64,000 nt of DNA, taken from Candidatus Latescibacterota bacterium. GTDB lineage: Bacteria; Latescibacterota; UBA2968; UBA8231. Below the pieces are notes generated by a model that saw nothing but the letters and a program-made list of their open reading frames with translations, was not told the DNA's origin and did not search any database. This document shows positions 61,591-64,000 of this stretch, in pieces. Position 1 is the stretch's first letter, and each line of letters begins with the position of its first letter. Location of the stretch: positions 6,592,001 through 6,656,000 of the forward strand of contig OZ244561.1 in the NCBI GenBank assembly GCA_965217585.1, in the 5' to 3' direction. Made by a program: the position numbers and the translations under genes.

Positions 61591-62283
61591 CTAGCGACCC
61601 TCTCTGCGAAAGCGATAGCCCATACCGCGCACGGTTTCGACCATCTCGGCTGCCGTCCCGAGCTTTTCCCGCAGGCGACGGATGTGCGTGTCAACCGTGC
61701 GGCGATAGCCAATGTACTCGTAGCCCCACACCACCTTGAGCAACTCCTCCCGCGACTGCACCCGCCCGCGCCGCTGCGCAAGGGTCGTCAAGAGCTTGAA
61801 CTCGGTCGCCGTCAGCTCGATGGGGTCGCTGTCGAGCTGAACCTGACATCCCACTAGGTCGATGGCCAAGGGACCGGCCATGATCTGCGCGGCTTCCGCT
61901 TCGCCGCGACCCTGGACGCGGCGCAAGATGGCGCGGATGCGCAAGACGAGCTCGCGCGGGGAAAAGGGCTTGACCAAGTAATCGTCCGCACCCAATTCCA
62001 AGCCGACAATGCGATCGACCTCTCCGGCGCGTGCTGTCAGCATCAAGACCGGTATGTCCTTGGTGCGGGGGTTTTGCTTGAGGAGGCGGCAGACCTCTAA
62101 GCCGCCGATGCCCGGCAGCATCAGATCCAAGACCACGAGGCCGACCAGATTTTGCTCAATCGCGCTTAGGGCCTGCTCTTCGTCCTCGGCTGGCACGACG
62201 GCAAAACCGGATTGTTCTAGATGGTACGAGACCAACTCGAGGATGTCGGGCTCGTCCTCGACGACTAGGATTTTGTCGTTCAT
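61591..62283 (-). CDS. phoB: phosphate regulon response regulator
   Basis: VEDE, LDLMLP, GADDY.VKPF, RTVDTHIRRLREK; pho context. Confidence 0.88.
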   Translation of the reverse strand: MNDKILVVEDEPDILELVSYHLEQSGFAVVPAEDEEQALSAIEQNLVGLVVLDLMLPGIGGLEVCRLLKQNPRTKDIPVLMLTARAGEVDRIVGLELGADDYLVKPFSPRELVLRIRAILRRVQGRGEAEAAQIMAGPLAIDLVGCQVQLDSDPIELTATEFKLLTTLAQRRGRVQSREELLKVVWGYEYIGYRRTVDTHIRRLREKLGTAAEMVETVRGMGYRFRREGR

Positions 62284-62969
62284 GAGTCTTTTTCCTCCCA
62301 CCAGCTTTCTTTTTGGTGCCGCACGATGCGCCCCTCGACGAGGAACACCACGTTCTCGGCGATGTTGGAAGCGTGATCGCCGATCCTTTCGAGGTGCCGC
62401 GACACCAAGATCAGGTATATACCACGGTCGATGGTGTCTGGCCCAATCGACGGCGCGTGCATGTACGTGAGCAGCTCGCGAAAAATCTGGTCGCGCAACA
62501 GGTCGAGTTCCTCGTCGCGCTGACCGACGGCGCGGGCCAAGTCCACATCGCGGCGCACGAACGCATCGAGGGCATCCTTGACCATGCCCTGGGCCAATTC
62601 GGACATCCGCGGTATGTCGATCAGCGGCTTGAGCAGCGGCAGCTTGTTGAGCACCTCAGCGCGCTGGGCGATGTTGACGGCTTGGTCGTTGATCCGCTCT
62701 AGGTCTTCGTTGATTTTCAGGATGCAGGCCAACAGCCGCAGGTCGCTGGCCATCGGCCCTTGGGTCGCAAACATCTTCAGGCAGGTCTCCTCAACGCCGA
62801 TTTCCCAATCGTCGATTTTCTTTCCGCCTTCAATCACTACCTGTATTAGCTCGTCGTCGCGATCCACGAGGGCGCGCACGGCCTGCTCAATGGACTCCTC
62901 GACGGCCCCGCTCATTTTTAATAAGTCCTGTTTGAGCTCGTCTAATTGCTGGTCGAATCTTCGTTCCAT
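62280..62969 (-). CDS. phoU: phosphate signalling protein PhoU
   Basis: ASDLR, DLERIND, HLERIGDHA.NIAE. Confidence 0.93.
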   Translation of the reverse strand: MERRFDQQLDELKQDLLKMSGAVEESIEQAVRALVDRDDELIQVVIEGGKKIDDWEIGVEETCLKMFATQGPMASDLRLLACILKINEDLERINDQAVNIAQRAEVLNKLPLLKPLIDIPRMSELAQGMVKDALDAFVRRDVDLARAVGQRDEELDLLRDQIFRELLTYMHAPSIGPDTIDRGIYLILVSRHLERIGDHASNIAENVVFLVEGRIVRHQKESWWEEKDS

Positions 62970-62983
62970 GGCACCTTTCTGCC

Positions 62984-63766
62984 TCAGCCGAAGCGGCCGG
63001 TTACGTAGTCTTCGGTCTGTTTGCTGCGGGGATTGGTGAACATGTCTTCGGTCTGGCTGAATTCGATCAAGGAGCCTAGATAGTAGAAGGCCGTATAGGT
63101 CGAAATCCGCGCCGCCTGTTGCAAATTGTGCGTGACGACGATGATGGTGTAATCGGACTTCAGCTCGGTGATCGTCTCCTCGATCCGCGCGGTGGCAATC
63201 GGGTCCAGCGCCGAGCAAGGCTCGTCCATCAGCACCACCTCTGGCTCGACGGCAAGAGTGCGCGCAATGCACAGCCGCTGCTGCTGGCCGCCGGACAGGC
63301 CCATAGCCCCGTCCTTGAGCCGGTCTTTGACCTCGTCCCACAGCGCGGCGGCCTTCAGGCTCTTCTCCACGGCCTCGTCGAGCATCCAGCGGCGATTTTC
63401 CCCAGCGATCCGCAGGCCGTAGGCCACGTTCTCGTAGATGGACTTGGGGAAGGGATTGGACTTTTGGAACACCATGCCCACCCGCCGCCGCAAGTCGATC
63501 ACATCGCAATCGGGCGCGTAAATGTCGCGGCCGCTGACCCGCACCGCGCCTTCAATGCGCGCGGATTCGATCAGGTCGTTGAGGCGATTGAGGCAGCGCA
63601 AAAGCGTCGATTTGCCGCAGCCCGAAGGCCCGATAAACGCGGTCACCTCGCGCTCGGGAATGCTCAGGTCAATGTGGTGCAGGGCCTGAGTCTCGCCGTA
63701 GAACATGTTCAGGTTTTCCACTTCGACGATGAGGTTTGCATTGGTCGGGGCTGGGGTCTTGCTCAT
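62984..63766 (-). CDS. pstB: phosphate ABC transporter ATPase
   Basis: [40 protein letters not shown]. Confidence 0.96.
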   Translation of the reverse strand: MSKTPAPTNANLIVEVENLNMFYGETQALHHIDLSIPEREVTAFIGPSGCGKSTLLRCLNRLNDLIESARIEGAVRVSGRDIYAPDCDVIDLRRRVGMVFQKSNPFPKSIYENVAYGLRIAGENRRWMLDEAVEKSLKAAALWDEVKDRLKDGAMGLSGGQQQRLCIARTLAVEPEVVLMDEPCSALDPIATARIEETITELKSDYTIIVVTHNLQQAARISTYTAFYYLGSLIEFSQTEDMFTNPRSKQTEDYVTGRFG

Positions 63767-63774
63767 TGCATCTC

Positions 63775-64000
63775 CTAAAAGGCCGACATGGCGTATTTCC
63801 TGCGCAGTTTATTGCGGACGACAATCGCCGTCAAGTTCAAGAACAACACAATGGTCAACAGCAGCAGGGCCGTGGTGTACACCATGGGCCGGGCCGCCTC
63901 CACGTTGGGCGACTGGAAGCCCACGTCGTAGATGTGGAAGCCCAAGTGCATAAACTTGCGCTCCAAGTGAAAAAATGGCGCGAACGCATCGAGTGGTAAA
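63775..64000 (-). CDS. pstA: phosphate ABC transporter permease, 3' part
   Basis: [10 protein letters not shown]...[24 protein letters not shown]; runs off the right edge. Confidence 0.85.
   Translation of the reverse strand, partial: LPLDAFAPFFHLERKFMHLGFHIYDVGFQSPNVEAARPMVYTTALLLLTIVLFLNLTAIVVRNKLRRKYAMSAF

Noticed and set aside
62970-63509. N-terminal extension of PhoU given by the ORF track (similar extensions on phoR, ispG, DUF2723 and GT4)
   Set aside because: The extensions overlap neighbouring genes or lack homology; downstream starts fit the family N-termini.

Overview
GC-rich bacterial chromosomal window. The gene content (many Gfo/Idh/MocA and SDR enzymes, a FlgD-Ig-tailed Calx-beta/FN3 surface protein) resembles Latescibacterota/Gemmatimonadota-like, possibly host-associated bacteria; this taxonomic guess is inference only. 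Core content: a surface-glycosylation cluster, a GDP-heptose-type cluster, sigma54-preceded groES-groEL, an IOR-family oxidoreductase, an aminosugar operon, ispG, a sugar-acid catabolic operon and pstA-pstB-phoU-phoB-phoR. Main accessory signals: (1) a 5.2-kb unit (19763-24971) with no DDE transposase, bounded by 15-bp terminal inverted repeats and TCA direct repeats. It carries a large surface protein, a hairpin-array leader and an Rpn/YhgA nuclease with an apparent internal antitoxin start, and it abuts an intact IS5-family IS with similar ends. (2) Every recognisable type II TA toxin is internally deleted, truncated or missing while the antitoxins stay intact. (3) A metal island in which uptake genes (TonB receptor, ZIP) are intact behind an RGPP-ending leader ORF, while the Czc RND and CDF exporters are deleted. 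(4) A stand-alone Cap12-like TIR gene. No rRNA, tRNA or CRISPR array was seen. All calls come from reading the sequence by eye; no database search was run.
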